This document shows, one piece after another, positions 1-7,514 of a DNA stretch of 40,000 nucleotides. Within the stretch, counting starts at the first letter, position 1, and the number at the start of each line of letters is the position of its first letter. The translations under genes and the position numbers were made by a program. Location of the stretch: the sequence record MZ326168.1. One strand, 5' to 3'. Origin of the DNA: Salmonella phage NINP13076. A model generated the notes under the pieces. That model made no database searches. It was not told where the DNA came from and worked only from the letters and a program-made list of their open reading frames with translations.

Positions 1-398
1 ATACACACCCGAACTTTTTCTTTTCCTGTGCTGAAATCAATTTCTTTATAGTCAACAACTTCGTGACCAAACTCGCGAAATACCCGCTTTGTCGTGTGGT
101 TGTCGTGGTTTCCACCAACCAAAATGATCTTTCCGTTGATTCGGCTAAGAATGTCACGAACCTTCGGCTCCACATGCTTACCATACGCGATCACAAAATC
201 ACCTAAATGTGCAACAACATCATCAGGTTTCACATGTTTGTTCCATGTTTTAACCATGTCGTCATTCATCTTGACAACACTCGCTGAATCTTCTTTCGGT
301 CCGTACAGGTTTTTACGGAACTTATCACAGGATGGGAAACCAAGAATATTGGTATGCCACCAATGTGTATCTGATGTTACATGATCGATATTAGTCAT
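1..398 (-). CDS. Calcineurin-like metallophosphoesterase, 5' part (continues beyond window start)
   Basis: Minus strand reads MTNIDHVTSDTHWWHTNILGF...VVAHLGDFVIAYG...ILVGGNHDNH...; SDTHxxH, GDF and GNHD metallophosphoesterase motifs; near-identical to ORF 15179-15772. Confidence 0.85.
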   Translation of the reverse strand, partial: MTNIDHVTSDTHWWHTNILGFPSCDKFRKNLYGPKEDSASVVKMNDDMVKTWNKHVKPDDVVAHLGDFVIAYGKHVEPKVRDILSRINGKIILVGGNHDNHTTKRVFREFGHEVVDYKEIDFSTGKEKVRVC

Positions 399-462
399 TT
401 CTTTTTCTTCCTTTTCGTTGTTTTCTTATACAGCCCTAAAGCGGCGTTCTCTTGGGCGCACG

Positions 463-828
463 TCATAACCTCTGTGAGTCCACGCCTTTCCAGTGAGCGT
501 ATATTCCCCGCATTACTAATTGGTGTGTGGGACTGGGATCTATGGGGATAATCATCATCTTTTGTACACTGTTGGTGATAACATTCCCTTGATCATCTAA
601 CCACTCTCTTACACTTTTCCTTCTCTCCTCTTCCAACCATTTTGTGTGGGCCTTATGCTCCTCAATAATTTTCTTTGCATTTTCCAGAGAGTGGTATGGG
701 TTTCCTGCAATCATATCGAAGTTGTCTCTTACGCTGGGCGTAAAGTGGCGTAGTGGTTCACCTTTGTAGAAAACTTCCCACGATTCTAGTCCATATTCCC
801 TTTTGTGGAGGATCTTGTAATCACTCAT
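463..828 (-). CDS. Hypothetical protein (MSDYKILHKREYG..., 121 aa); full-length counterpart of the truncated ORF at 9980
   Basis: Conserved against 9980-10310 with a few substitutions. Confidence 0.75.
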   Translation of the reverse strand: MSDYKILHKREYGLESWEVFYKGEPLRHFTPSVRDNFDMIAGNPYHSLENAKKIIEEHKAHTKWLEEERRKSVREWLDDQGNVITNSVQKMMIIPIDPSPTHQLVMRGIYAHWKGVDSQRL

Positions 829-961
829 AAGCTGCCTCGTAATCCCAAGAGTTAGCACAAAGTCCCACTCTACGACTGAACTTGTAGAATGACTCTCCGT
901 ACAACCAATTGGTATATTCCTTATAGAACTCATAAAGCGGCTTACTGGATATTGAAATCAT
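821..961 (-). CDS. Hypothetical protein, internally deleted version (46 aa) of 9661-9987 (108 aa)
   Basis: MISISSKPLYEFYKEYTNWLYGESFYKFSRRVGLCANSWDYEAAYE; 62 codons missing relative to the other arm. Confidence 0.7.
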   Translation of the reverse strand: MISISSKPLYEFYKEYTNWLYGESFYKFSRRVGLCANSWDYEAAYE

Positions 962-1179
962 TGCATTACTCCTGGAGTGGGGATTAGTTTTGATACATCC
1001 TTTCCGCATCCATCGCAGAGGTATCGTTTACCACCGGACATCACTTTATTGTCTGACTGACCATATGGGAGGCCGGAGAAATCTACGGAGAGGGTGTACC
1101 GTTCAGTTATGACCGTTGATGCAGACAAACCCCCGCAATGGGGGCAGCATCCGGTTCCGAAATTATCAAGGTCTTCCAT
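958..1179 (-). CDS. Small zinc-ribbon-like protein
   Basis: CPHCGG...CDGCGK double CxxC; counterpart at 9443-9664. Confidence 0.65.
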   Translation of the reverse strand: MEDLDNFGTGCCPHCGGLSASTVITERYTLSVDFSGLPYGQSDNKVMSGGKRYLCDGCGKDVSKLIPTPGVMQ

Positions 1180-1187
1180 GCTGCACC

Positions 1188-1373
1188 TCAGAACGGGTTC
1201 AGAAGAACACACGCTGCGAAGTTGCAGAGTGCAAGGAGTTGGCACGGTAGCATCCACCAGCGCTTTCCTTCTGGGAACATCTGCACAAGACCTCTGCACC
1301 CGACAAGTTCAAAGACCACATTGACAGATACCAGAAGCCATAAGGCCCACAGTATTGCGAACAGGGCTGTCAT
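1188..1373 (-). CDS. Small membrane protein
   Basis: Hydrophobic segments; counterpart 9249-9434; overlaps neighbours translationally. Confidence 0.6.
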   Translation of the reverse strand: MTALFAILWALWLLVSVNVVFELVGCRGLVQMFPEGKRWWMLPCQLLALCNFAACVLLNPF

Positions 1374-1597
1374 ATTGTGTACTCCACGTTGATCTGGGAC
1401 AGTTGTACCTCTTCCGATTGAGGAATGGCTACAAATTTAGATGTTCTCAGATTGAATGCAGTGACAAATCCACGGAAATCACCCATAGTTGATTCACCAA
1501 CAATATGCGGCTGACCACAGTAAATGAATCCATCCCCTATGTCGAGAGAACGTGCAGCCACGCAGGTTTTATTCTTTTCAGTGACGGTTACTTTCAT
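1370..1597 (-). CDS. Hypothetical protein
   Basis: MKVTVTEKNKTCVAARSLDIGDGFIY..., conserved at 9025-9252. Confidence 0.7.
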   Translation of the reverse strand: MKVTVTEKNKTCVAARSLDIGDGFIYCGQPHIVGESTMGDFRGFVTAFNLRTSKFVAIPQSEEVQLSQINVEYTI

Positions 1598-1799
1598 AAA
1601 TTCTCCTTAAAAGTTTGGTAAGGGTTAGGATTTTGCGGCACGGCCTGCGGCGCTGGAGAACTATATAGTTTAGTCATCCCGTAGCCGTCTTTTCCTTTTT
1701 GATTCATCAGCCAGTATAACCCAGGCCCAGAAAGGTAATCCTCTCATTCCAATCCCTATCATAACAACAAGGAAAAGTAATGTCATCAGTATATCCACG

Positions 1800-2123
1800 T
1801 TATCTCCTTAACCAGTTCTCAACCGGAATATTTTTAAAACTCAAGTGCCAGCGATGTGGCTTATGTCCACGCCTGTGGTCAAGGAGACGAGTGTCCTCCG
1901 GAACCTTCAGGTGCATACCGTCAATGTCATAATACACCCCATCGATAAGTGTGTAAACATGCCCTTCGATACCACTGTAATGGATCTCCGCCTGCGGGAA
2001 GATATGTTTTAACACAAGGGCCACCTGATAACATTTCCCGTTTTTACCTACCCATGAGGCATCAACTTGAGGTGGGAATATGTCTCTAATTTTTCTGATA
2101 AGGCTTGTTATGTTATTTTCCAT
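1800..2123 (-). CDS. Hypothetical protein (107 aa)
   Basis: Conserved at 8499-8822. Confidence 0.75.
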   Translation of the reverse strand: MENNITSLIRKIRDIFPPQVDASWVGKNGKCYQVALVLKHIFPQAEIHYSGIEGHVYTLIDGVYYDIDGMHLKVPEDTRLLDHRRGHKPHRWHLSFKNIPVENWLRR

Positions 2124-2137
2124 ATCTCCCCGTCTTT

Positions 2138-2383
2138 TTATTTATTGAAAAATTTTCTGGCAGCTTTTTGTGCCTGACCTTGACGCTTGAATTCCTCCTC
2201 TCGGAAACGCCACTTTCCATTATCACTGTCGAACCAGACTTCTCTTTGAATAAATTCAAGAATGCTGTCCCCACCCATCTCTTTCTCCTTTGATTGTTCG
2301 TAAGCCTCTTCAGATTCAAACCAATTATCGATAGAATCTCCGTGAATTTCCATAAGCAACTTTGCGTAGGTTATGCTTTGCAT
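2138..2383 (-). CDS. Hypothetical protein (81 aa)
   Basis: MQSITYAKLLMEIHGDSIDNWFESEEAYEQSKEKEMGG..., conserved at 7183-7440. Confidence 0.7.
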   Translation of the reverse strand: MQSITYAKLLMEIHGDSIDNWFESEEAYEQSKEKEMGGDSILEFIQREVWFDSDNGKWRFREEEFKRQGQAQKAARKFFNK

Positions 2384-2384
2384 C

Positions 2385-2579
2385 TTATCTCCAGAGCTTA
2401 AACTTGTAACGGATAACAGATCCGAGCAAGATACCCGCATAACTCAAGATGGCGACCAACATCACCATGAAAAGTGCTCCTGGTCCGTAGTTGGAAGCCA
2501 GAAAGATAATGAATGCCAGAATTGTGAAAATTAACGGTATCCCGATAATTGCGTTCTTCATGTTGTTTGTGATCTTCAT
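2385..2579 (-). CDS. Small membrane protein, left arm only
   Basis: Two hydrophobic segments; no counterpart between 7163 and 7183. Confidence 0.5.
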   Translation of the reverse strand: MKITNNMKNAIIGIPLIFTILAFIIFLASNYGPGALFMVMLVAILSYAGILLGSVIRYKFKLWR

Positions 2580-2845
2580 ACAATCTCCTTCAGTGGTTGA
2601 AAACTGACTGGTAGTGTACCACCGTTAACCCATTTTAAGCAATCATTATATCCAGGCAGTCGCTTTTCACCACCCATGCCTTTGTACACCCACGGGATGT
2701 ATGAGCTTTTGAACTCACGTTTACCACTCTCAGACTGGTAATACAGCCACATACCCTTTTCATTTGTTCCTTCATCTATCCAGCGGATCACCCAATCTGA
2801 AGTGCCGATCATTTTCAGTTTTCTTCGTTTAAACCACCCAAACAT
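2576..2845 (-). CDS. Hypothetical protein
   Basis: Conserved at 6903-7163. Confidence 0.65.
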   Translation of the reverse strand: MFGWFKRRKLKMIGTSDWVIRWIDEGTNEKGMWLYYQSESGKREFKSSYIPWVYKGMGGEKRLPGYNDCLKWVNGGTLPVSFQPLKEIV

Positions 2846-3021
2846 TCTGGTCTCCTTTCAACGTATCGCCATGTTTTCTTGTAGTGTGCAATAACTTCTG
2901 CTGTGTTGTCAAGAGGAACACCTGATTTTATAAGCCTCCACTCCCCATCCAACGAACAACCGTCGCTGCTCATCCTGCCATAAATACTGTACTTCATCTG
3001 ACCCCCTTGCGTAATCTCCAT
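2815..3021 (-). CDS. Hypothetical protein (YSIYGRMSxDxCSLxGEWRLIKS...)
   Basis: Conserved at 6751-6939. Confidence 0.65.
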   Translation of the reverse strand: MEITQGGQMKYSIYGRMSSDGCSLDGEWRLIKSGVPLDNTAEVIAHYKKTWRYVERRPECLGGLNEEN

Positions 3022-3027
3022 ATCTGT

Positions 3028-3055
3028 ATTATGACATCAAGAAATAAAGTGTCAA
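3028..3055 (-). promoter_or_regulatory. Sigma70-like promoter for the minus-strand genes, TTGACA-N16-CATAAT
   Basis: Exact -35 and near-consensus -10; equivalent element at 6488-6515 in the other arm. Confidence 0.6.
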
Positions 3056-3058
3056 GTG

Positions 3059-3087
3059 TTGACCGCAAATGAATTTGTTGGTATGCT
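3059..3087 (+). promoter_or_regulatory. Sigma70-like promoter TTGACC-N17-TATGCT upstream of the 3118 ORF
   Basis: Spacing and position; followed by AGAGGAGG and a TTG start. Confidence 0.5.
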
Positions 3088-3117
3088 CCCCACATAGATT
3101 TTAGAGGAGGGATTATT

Positions 3118-4521
3118 TTGAACTACAGTGATTTTGGCGTTACTTGTGCAGAAGAACTTGAGCAGGATGAGTGGAGTTTGTCGAGGCCGACCTTTGAGAC
3201 ACCAAAAGGCGGCGTGTTGACTGTTGTGGGGTATAATGGCAGGTATCGGAGAGAGAAAAAATACACTGTCCACTGTTCGGAATGTGAAAAGGATAAGGAA
3301 TTATTTGGGGATGGGTTGTTTTCTACAATCAGATCAAATCTTTCCACATTGGGCCAAATCCCTTGTGGGTGCTCACATGCCTACAGGAGAAATAATTCTC
3401 AGTACAAGATCGTTATAGAAAGGAAACTGCCTGAAGGTATTACCTTCCACCCGGCTAATCTTTTATCCCCAATAAGATCTAAAACCAGAATAACACTTGT
3501 ATGTGAGAAACACGGTGAGTTTAAGGATAGCCCTAGCAACATCTTGAATTTTGGTGGTCGTTGTGCCAAATGTGGATATGAGAGTGCTTCCAAAAAAAGG
3601 TCCCTTAATGAAGAAGACATATTTTGCAGATTGCCCGGCCACATGGAGTTCGTCGGGAGAAAGGATGGTAAATTTATCTTGAGGTGCAAAAGTCACGGTT
3701 TGGAGGTATCTGACAAGCATCTTTCTAGGATTTCTAAGGGTTGTAGATTGTGTGGTAATGAAAGAACCTCTTTAGCAAGAGCGGTTGATGAAGAGCAACT
3801 TATTGAAAGATGTTTATCAGCCTGTATCTCAAAAGGTGCAGGTTATGATAAGTTGGTCTACTCTCCACGAGGTGTTTTTTACTCTTCACTCTATATTACC
3901 TGCCAAAAGCATGGCACTTTATGCAAGTCAGGGTCTTCGTTGGTAAATTTCATACACAAGGGTGACAAGGGGTTTTGCTGGGAGTGCAGAAGAGAAGCAA
4001 TCCGTGAGAAGAGATGGTTGAAAGATCTGAAAGCCAGGGTTGTAGATTTTTGTAACCGGGTGGGTGTATCCTTCTTGCGTTTTGAAAAAATAAATGGTGT
4101 TTCAAGCTGTTTGCGACTACTGTGCAGTGAGCACGGTGAGTACACTACAAGCTACGGAAGCCTTAGACAGCTCTCTGGATGTCCATCATGCGCAGGTCAT
4201 TCTCAACGGCAGTGTTATTTGCATCAGGTTTTCGACCAAGCGACACCTCAAGGTATTAAATTCGGGATAGCAAAGGATTGGGTGGTGAGATTAAGGAATT
4301 TGAACAATAAGAATCTCTTTCAAATGGAAAACTTGGGTGTTTGGGAATTTGATACAGTGTATAGCTGTAAGGCCGCAGAGAGAGAATGTAAACAAACCCT
4401 TAAAACAGGTGTCCTTTCCGCCCGTGAGATGAAAGATGGTTGGACAGAGACCGTCTCTGTGCTAGACTTAGAAAAAGTCATCGCCATTTATGAAAAACAT
4501 GGCGGCAAACGCATAAAATAA
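3118..4521 (+). CDS. Putative free-standing homing endonuclease: about five repeated Cys/His zinc modules plus C-terminal GIY-YIG-like domain
   Basis: Repeats of the form C(E/S)xHGxx...GCxxCG; C-terminus CYLHQVFDQ...GIKFGIAKDWVVRLR...AAERECKQTLKTGVLSAREMKDGWTETV resembles GIY-YIG proteins; absent from the other arm. Confidence 0.6.
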   Translation: MNYSDFGVTCAEELEQDEWSLSRPTFETPKGGVLTVVGYNGRYRREKKYTVHCSECEKDKELFGDGLFSTIRSNLSTLGQIPCGCSHAYRRNNSQYKIVIERKLPEGITFHPANLLSPIRSKTRITLVCEKHGEFKDSPSNILNFGGRCAKCGYESASKKRSLNEEDIFCRLPGHMEFVGRKDGKFILRCKSHGLEVSDKHLSRISKGCRLCGNERTSLARAVDEEQLIERCLSACISKGAGYDKLVYSPRGVFYSSLYITCQKHGTLCKSGSSLVNFIHKGDKGFCWECRREAIREKRWLKDLKARVVDFCNRVGVSFLRFEKINGVSSCLRLLCSEHGEYTTSYGSLRQLSGCPSCAGHSQRQCYLHQVFDQATPQGIKFGIAKDWVVRLRNLNNKNLFQMENLGVWEFDTVYSCKAAERECKQTLKTGVLSAREMKDGWTETVSVLDLEKVIAIYEKHGGKRIK

Positions 4522-4536
4522 CAAGAGGAGAATAGT

Positions 4537-4848
4537 ATGCTTTCATTAGAAGATAAAGGTGGGCGTCCAGACCGTAACGAACCAGATCAACGTGTTCGCC
4601 AGGATACCATTTGCCTGATATACGGATTTAGCCCAGAGAATCCTTTGACAGGGCAGTTGAACGGGAGGGAATGTTACGTTATCCAAAGGTCGCAACTTGG
4701 ACCGGACAGGATTCCTTATGGCCCTGATGAGATGTGGTTCGAATGCCATGTAAGGGGTGTTCCGGTCACACTCGATCTCCCAATACATCACCTAATGCTT
4801 CTTGATGACTCGGACAGACTGGTGATTGAAAAATTATCCATTCAATAG
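4537..4848 (+). CDS. Hypothetical protein (103 aa)
   Basis: Near-identical to 6118-6429 on the opposite strand. Confidence 0.75.
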   Translation: MLSLEDKGGRPDRNEPDQRVRQDTICLIYGFSPENPLTGQLNGRECYVIQRSQLGPDRIPYGPDEMWFECHVRGVPVTLDLPIHHLMLLDDSDRLVIEKLSIQ

Positions 4849-4855
4849 ATAAAAG

Positions 4856-4878
4856 AAAACCCGCTCAAGGCGGGTTTT
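4856..4878. terminator. Bidirectional terminator AAAACCCGC-TCAAG-GCGGGTTTT between convergent genes
   Basis: Perfect 9-bp stem, A/T flanks, convergent context. Confidence 0.85.
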
Positions 4879-4879
4879 A

Positions 4880-5374
4880 TTATGCACTAAGGACTATCAC
4901 TTTCTCTTTGTTGGCAGAAACATACTGCTCAACAAGCTTACCAGACAGAATCCTTTCAAGAAGCCTACCGGGGAACCTACCAAACTTCTTCATCAGTAAA
5001 TCGAAGTCAACACCTTTAGTCATTCTCAGCATAGCTGCCTCCTCATCAGTTGGGGAGGCGGGATCAAGGAACATATCCCTGCTGTAAACTTCTTTATCAC
5101 CTATATAAACATTGTCAGGGTATACCCAGATATGTTCATCCTTGTTTGTGACCATTTTAAAGATTTGCTCATCCTTACCAGGACTTCTTGTTACTATCAG
5201 CTTTGGGTAGATAATACCATCAACTACTGATGTGTGTTTTCCCTGCACAGTAAGGATCACCGACCATTCAGATCCTGAGTTAACCCCAGACACTGCACCT
5301 GCAATACCGGGCAATCCGCAAATCATTTGGTGATTTGTATCTCTGACAAACGATCTTATTAACTCTTTTTGCAT
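4880..5374 (-). CDS. Hypothetical protein (164 aa)
   Basis: Homologous to 5591-6085; start codons equidistant from the palindrome centre. Confidence 0.75.
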   Translation of the reverse strand: MQKELIRSFVRDTNHQMICGLPGIAGAVSGVNSGSEWSVILTVQGKHTSVVDGIIYPKLIVTRSPGKDEQIFKMVTNKDEHIWVYPDNVYIGDKEVYSRDMFLDPASPTDEEAAMLRMTKGVDFDLLMKKFGRFPGRLLERILSGKLVEQYVSANKEKVIVLSA

Positions 5375-5481
5375 AGGGTCTCCAAATCCTTAATCCATTG
5401 GAACTTATCAGTGTAAATCATCTGGTTCTTTTTGCTACGGTTTAATTTTGCGGGGATGACCTGGATGTTATCACCACAGTT
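5359..5481 (-). pseudogene. C-terminal 40 codons plus stop of a coding sequence truncated at the palindrome
   Basis: Reads NCGDNIQVIPAKLNRSKKNQMIYTDKFQWIKDLETLCKKS*; only synonymous/conservative differences from 5484-5606. Confidence 0.7.
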
Positions 5482-5504
5482 ACAACTGTGGTGATAACAT
5501 CCAG
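5461..5504. repeat. Perfect palindrome (21-nt arms, 2-nt spacer AC), centre of inverted duplication 1
   Basis: CTGGATGTTATCACCACAGTT-AC-AACTGTGGTGATAACATCCAG. Confidence 0.95.
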
Positions 5505-5606
5505 GTTATCCCGGCAAAATTAAACCGTAGCAAAAAGAATCAGATGATTTATACAGACAAATTTCAATGGGTCAGAGACTTGGAGACCATATGCAAAACG
5601 GGTTAA
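5484..5606 (+). pseudogene. C-terminal 40 codons plus stop of the same coding sequence, opposite arm
   Basis: Reads NCGDNIQVIPAKLNRSKKNQMIYTDKFQWVRDLETICKTG*. Confidence 0.7.
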
Positions 5607-6085
5607 TAAAATTATTTGTAAAAGATACAAATCATGATGTGATCAGTAAGCTTGCCGGGGTCGCTGGCGCTGTATCACAAGTTAACTCTGGTGCTCACTG
5701 GTCTGTGGTTTTGGTTGTGAGGGGCAAACATGCCGCTGACAACGAAAAACAACTAAGCCCGAAGTTGGTTGTGATAAAAAGCGCAGGGAAAAATGAGCAA
5801 ATCTTCAAGTTTGTAACAAACAAGGACGAACAGATTTGGGTTTATCCGGATCGGGTATGTATAGGTGATAAGGAAGTGTACAGCAAGGATATGTTCTTGG
5901 ACCAAACATCACCGACAGACGAAGAAGCAACAATGCTCCGTATGACTAAGGGCGCTGACTTCGATTTACTTATGAAAAGTTTCGGCAGATTTCCCGGTCG
6001 CCTTCTTGAAAGGATCATGTCTGGAAATTTGGTAGACCAGTACATATCTGAGAACAACGAAAAAGTAATAGTTCTTAGTGCATGA
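5591..6085 (+). CDS. Hypothetical protein (164 aa)
   Basis: Homologous to 4880-5374. Confidence 0.75.
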   Translation: MQNGLIKLFVKDTNHDVISKLAGVAGAVSQVNSGAHWSVVLVVRGKHAADNEKQLSPKLVVIKSAGKNEQIFKFVTNKDEQIWVYPDRVCIGDKEVYSKDMFLDQTSPTDEEATMLRMTKGADFDLLMKSFGRFPGRLLERIMSGNLVDQYISENNEKVIVLSA

Positions 6086-6087
6086 CA

Positions 6088-6110
6088 AAAACCCGCCTTA
6101 AGCGGGTTTT
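6088..6110. terminator. Bidirectional terminator AAAACCCGC-CTTAA-GCGGGTTTT
   Basis: Perfect 9-bp stem between convergent genes; same stem, different loop from 4856-4878. Confidence 0.85.
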
Positions 6111-6117
6111 CTTTTAT

Positions 6118-6429
6118 CTATTGTCTGGATAATTTTTCTATGACCAAGCGATCAGAGTCATCGAGCAGCATCAGGTGCTGTATGGGGATATCAAGTGTGA
6201 CAGGAACTCCTCTGACATGGCACTCGAACCACATCTCATCAGGGCCATACGGGATTCGGTCAGGTCCGAGTTGTGATCTCTGCACAACGTAGCACTCTCT
6301 CCCATTCAATTGCCCTGTTAGTGGGTTTTTTGGGCTAAAACCATATATCAGACAGATGGTATCTTGACGCACACGTTGGTCTGGTTCGTTGCGGTCTGGG
6401 CGACCACCTTTATCTTCTAATGAAAGCAT
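6118..6429 (-). CDS. Hypothetical protein, mirror copy of 4537-4848
   Basis: Near-identical translation. Confidence 0.75.
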   Translation of the reverse strand: MLSLEDKGGRPDRNEPDQRVRQDTICLIYGFSPKNPLTGQLNGRECYVVQRSQLGPDRIPYGPDEMWFECHVRGVPVTLDIPIQHLMLLDDSDRLVIEKLSRQ

Positions 6430-6487
6430 CTTTTTCTCCTCTTTGGTAAAGTTACAGATTACCTTGCTTAATGGTGATAGTCAATAC

Positions 6488-6515
6488 TTGACAACAGGTT
6501 TTTATATGTCATAAT
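6488..6515 (+). promoter_or_regulatory. Sigma70-like promoter TTGACA-N16-CATAAT
   Basis: Consensus elements upstream of 6545; matches 3028-3055. Confidence 0.6.
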
Positions 6516-6544
6516 GGAAAAACAAACCATCAAAGGAGATAAAG

Positions 6545-6754
6545 ATGTCGGACAGGTACGGTGATTCACGAGAAGAGCTTGGAAGAATGATCGAAAGGAA
6601 GGAGATTATTGAGGATATCTTGAAGGAGATAGATACTTGTAGGTATTTGCGTGATAAGCAGGCAAAAAATTCGGTACAGAGAGAAACATACAATTTAGTG
6701 ATCGACACACTCATCCACGTAGGTAAGAAGATACAGGAAAGAGGTGTTGGATGA
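6545..6754 (+). CDS. Hypothetical protein, right arm only
   Basis: RBS AAAGGAG upstream; no left-arm counterpart. Confidence 0.6.
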   Translation: MSDRYGDSREELGRMIERKEIIEDILKEIDTCRYLRDKQAKNSVQRETYNLVIDTLIHVGKKIQERGVG

Positions 6755-6939
6755 CCTATAGTATTTACGGAAGGATGAGCCTCGATAATTGTTCGCTTGC
6801 TGGAGAGTGGAGATTGATAAAATCAAGGGTCCCACTTGACAAGGTAGATGAGATTATTGCACACTACAAAAATACATGGCGTTATGTTGAAAGGAGAGAA
6901 GAATGTTTGGTTGGTGGAAGCGACGTAAACTCAAACTGA
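6751..6939 (+). CDS. Hypothetical protein, counterpart of 2815-3021
   Basis: Translated similarity. Confidence 0.65.
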   Translation: MTYSIYGRMSLDNCSLAGEWRLIKSRVPLDKVDEIIAHYKNTWRYVERREECLVGGSDVNSN

Positions 6940-7163
6940 TAGGCACTTCAGGCTGGCGCATTAACTGGACCGACACAGGTGAAAAAGATATTGGTCGGTG
7001 GATTTTTTATGAATCCGAGAGTGGTCGCAGACGTTTCGAAAGTAGCCACATCCCTTGGTTATTAAGTAAAGAGAGTAATTTACCCGGTTATTCAGGGTGT
7101 AAAGTCTGGTCTAAAGGTGGCCCTTTACCATCGGGTTTCGAACCAGTTAAGGTGATCGGGTAA
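6903..7163 (+). CDS. Hypothetical protein, counterpart of 2576-2845
   Basis: Translated similarity. Confidence 0.65.
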   Translation: MFGWWKRRKLKLIGTSGWRINWTDTGEKDIGRWIFYESESGRRRFESSHIPWLLSKESNLPGYSGCKVWSKGGPLPSGFEPVKVIG

Positions 7164-7182
7164 CCCGTTATTTGGAGGTAAG

Positions 7183-7440
7183 ATGCAGAGTAAAACTTAT
7201 GCACAATTGCTTATGGAAATTCACAAAGATTCTATCGATAATTGGTTTGAATCTGAAGAGGCTTACGAACAATCAAAGGAGAAAGAAATGGGTGGGGATA
7301 GTGTTCTTGAATTCATTAAAAGAGAGGTTTGGTTTGACGGTGATAATGGAAAGTGGCGTTTCCGAAACGAAGAGTTCAAGCGTCAGGGCCAGGCACAAAA
7401 GGCAGCACGAAAATTTTTCTATAAAATGCTTGACTTCTGA
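7183..7440 (+). CDS. Hypothetical protein, counterpart of 2138-2383
   Basis: Translated similarity. Confidence 0.7.
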   Translation: MQSKTYAQLLMEIHKDSIDNWFESEEAYEQSKEKEMGGDSVLEFIKREVWFDGDNGKWRFRNEEFKRQGQAQKAARKFFYKMLDF

Positions 7441-7514
7441 AATATAGACCATTAGTATAACAATACCAAGACAAGGCCAAAAGGCCAAACTAAATACTCT
7501 CAGAGGAGATTAAA

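Noticed and set aside
94-384. Plus-strand ORF at the window start
   Set aside because: Antisense to a clear metallophosphoesterase on the minus strand that has a near-identical sense copy at 15179.
3118-4521. Group I intron around the endonuclease candidate
   Set aside because: It lies between complete genes, not inside one, and no split coding sequence flanks it.
5461-5504. Palindrome as a rho-independent terminator
   Set aside because: No T-tract on either side, and the flanking sequence reads as conserved coding sequence on both strands.
5461-5504. Protelomerase (hairpin telomere) site read through during sequencing
   Set aside because: Read-through of one hairpin end would give identical arms; these arms are diverged and differ in gene content. 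No protelomerase gene was seen in the window, so this is only kept as a remote idea.
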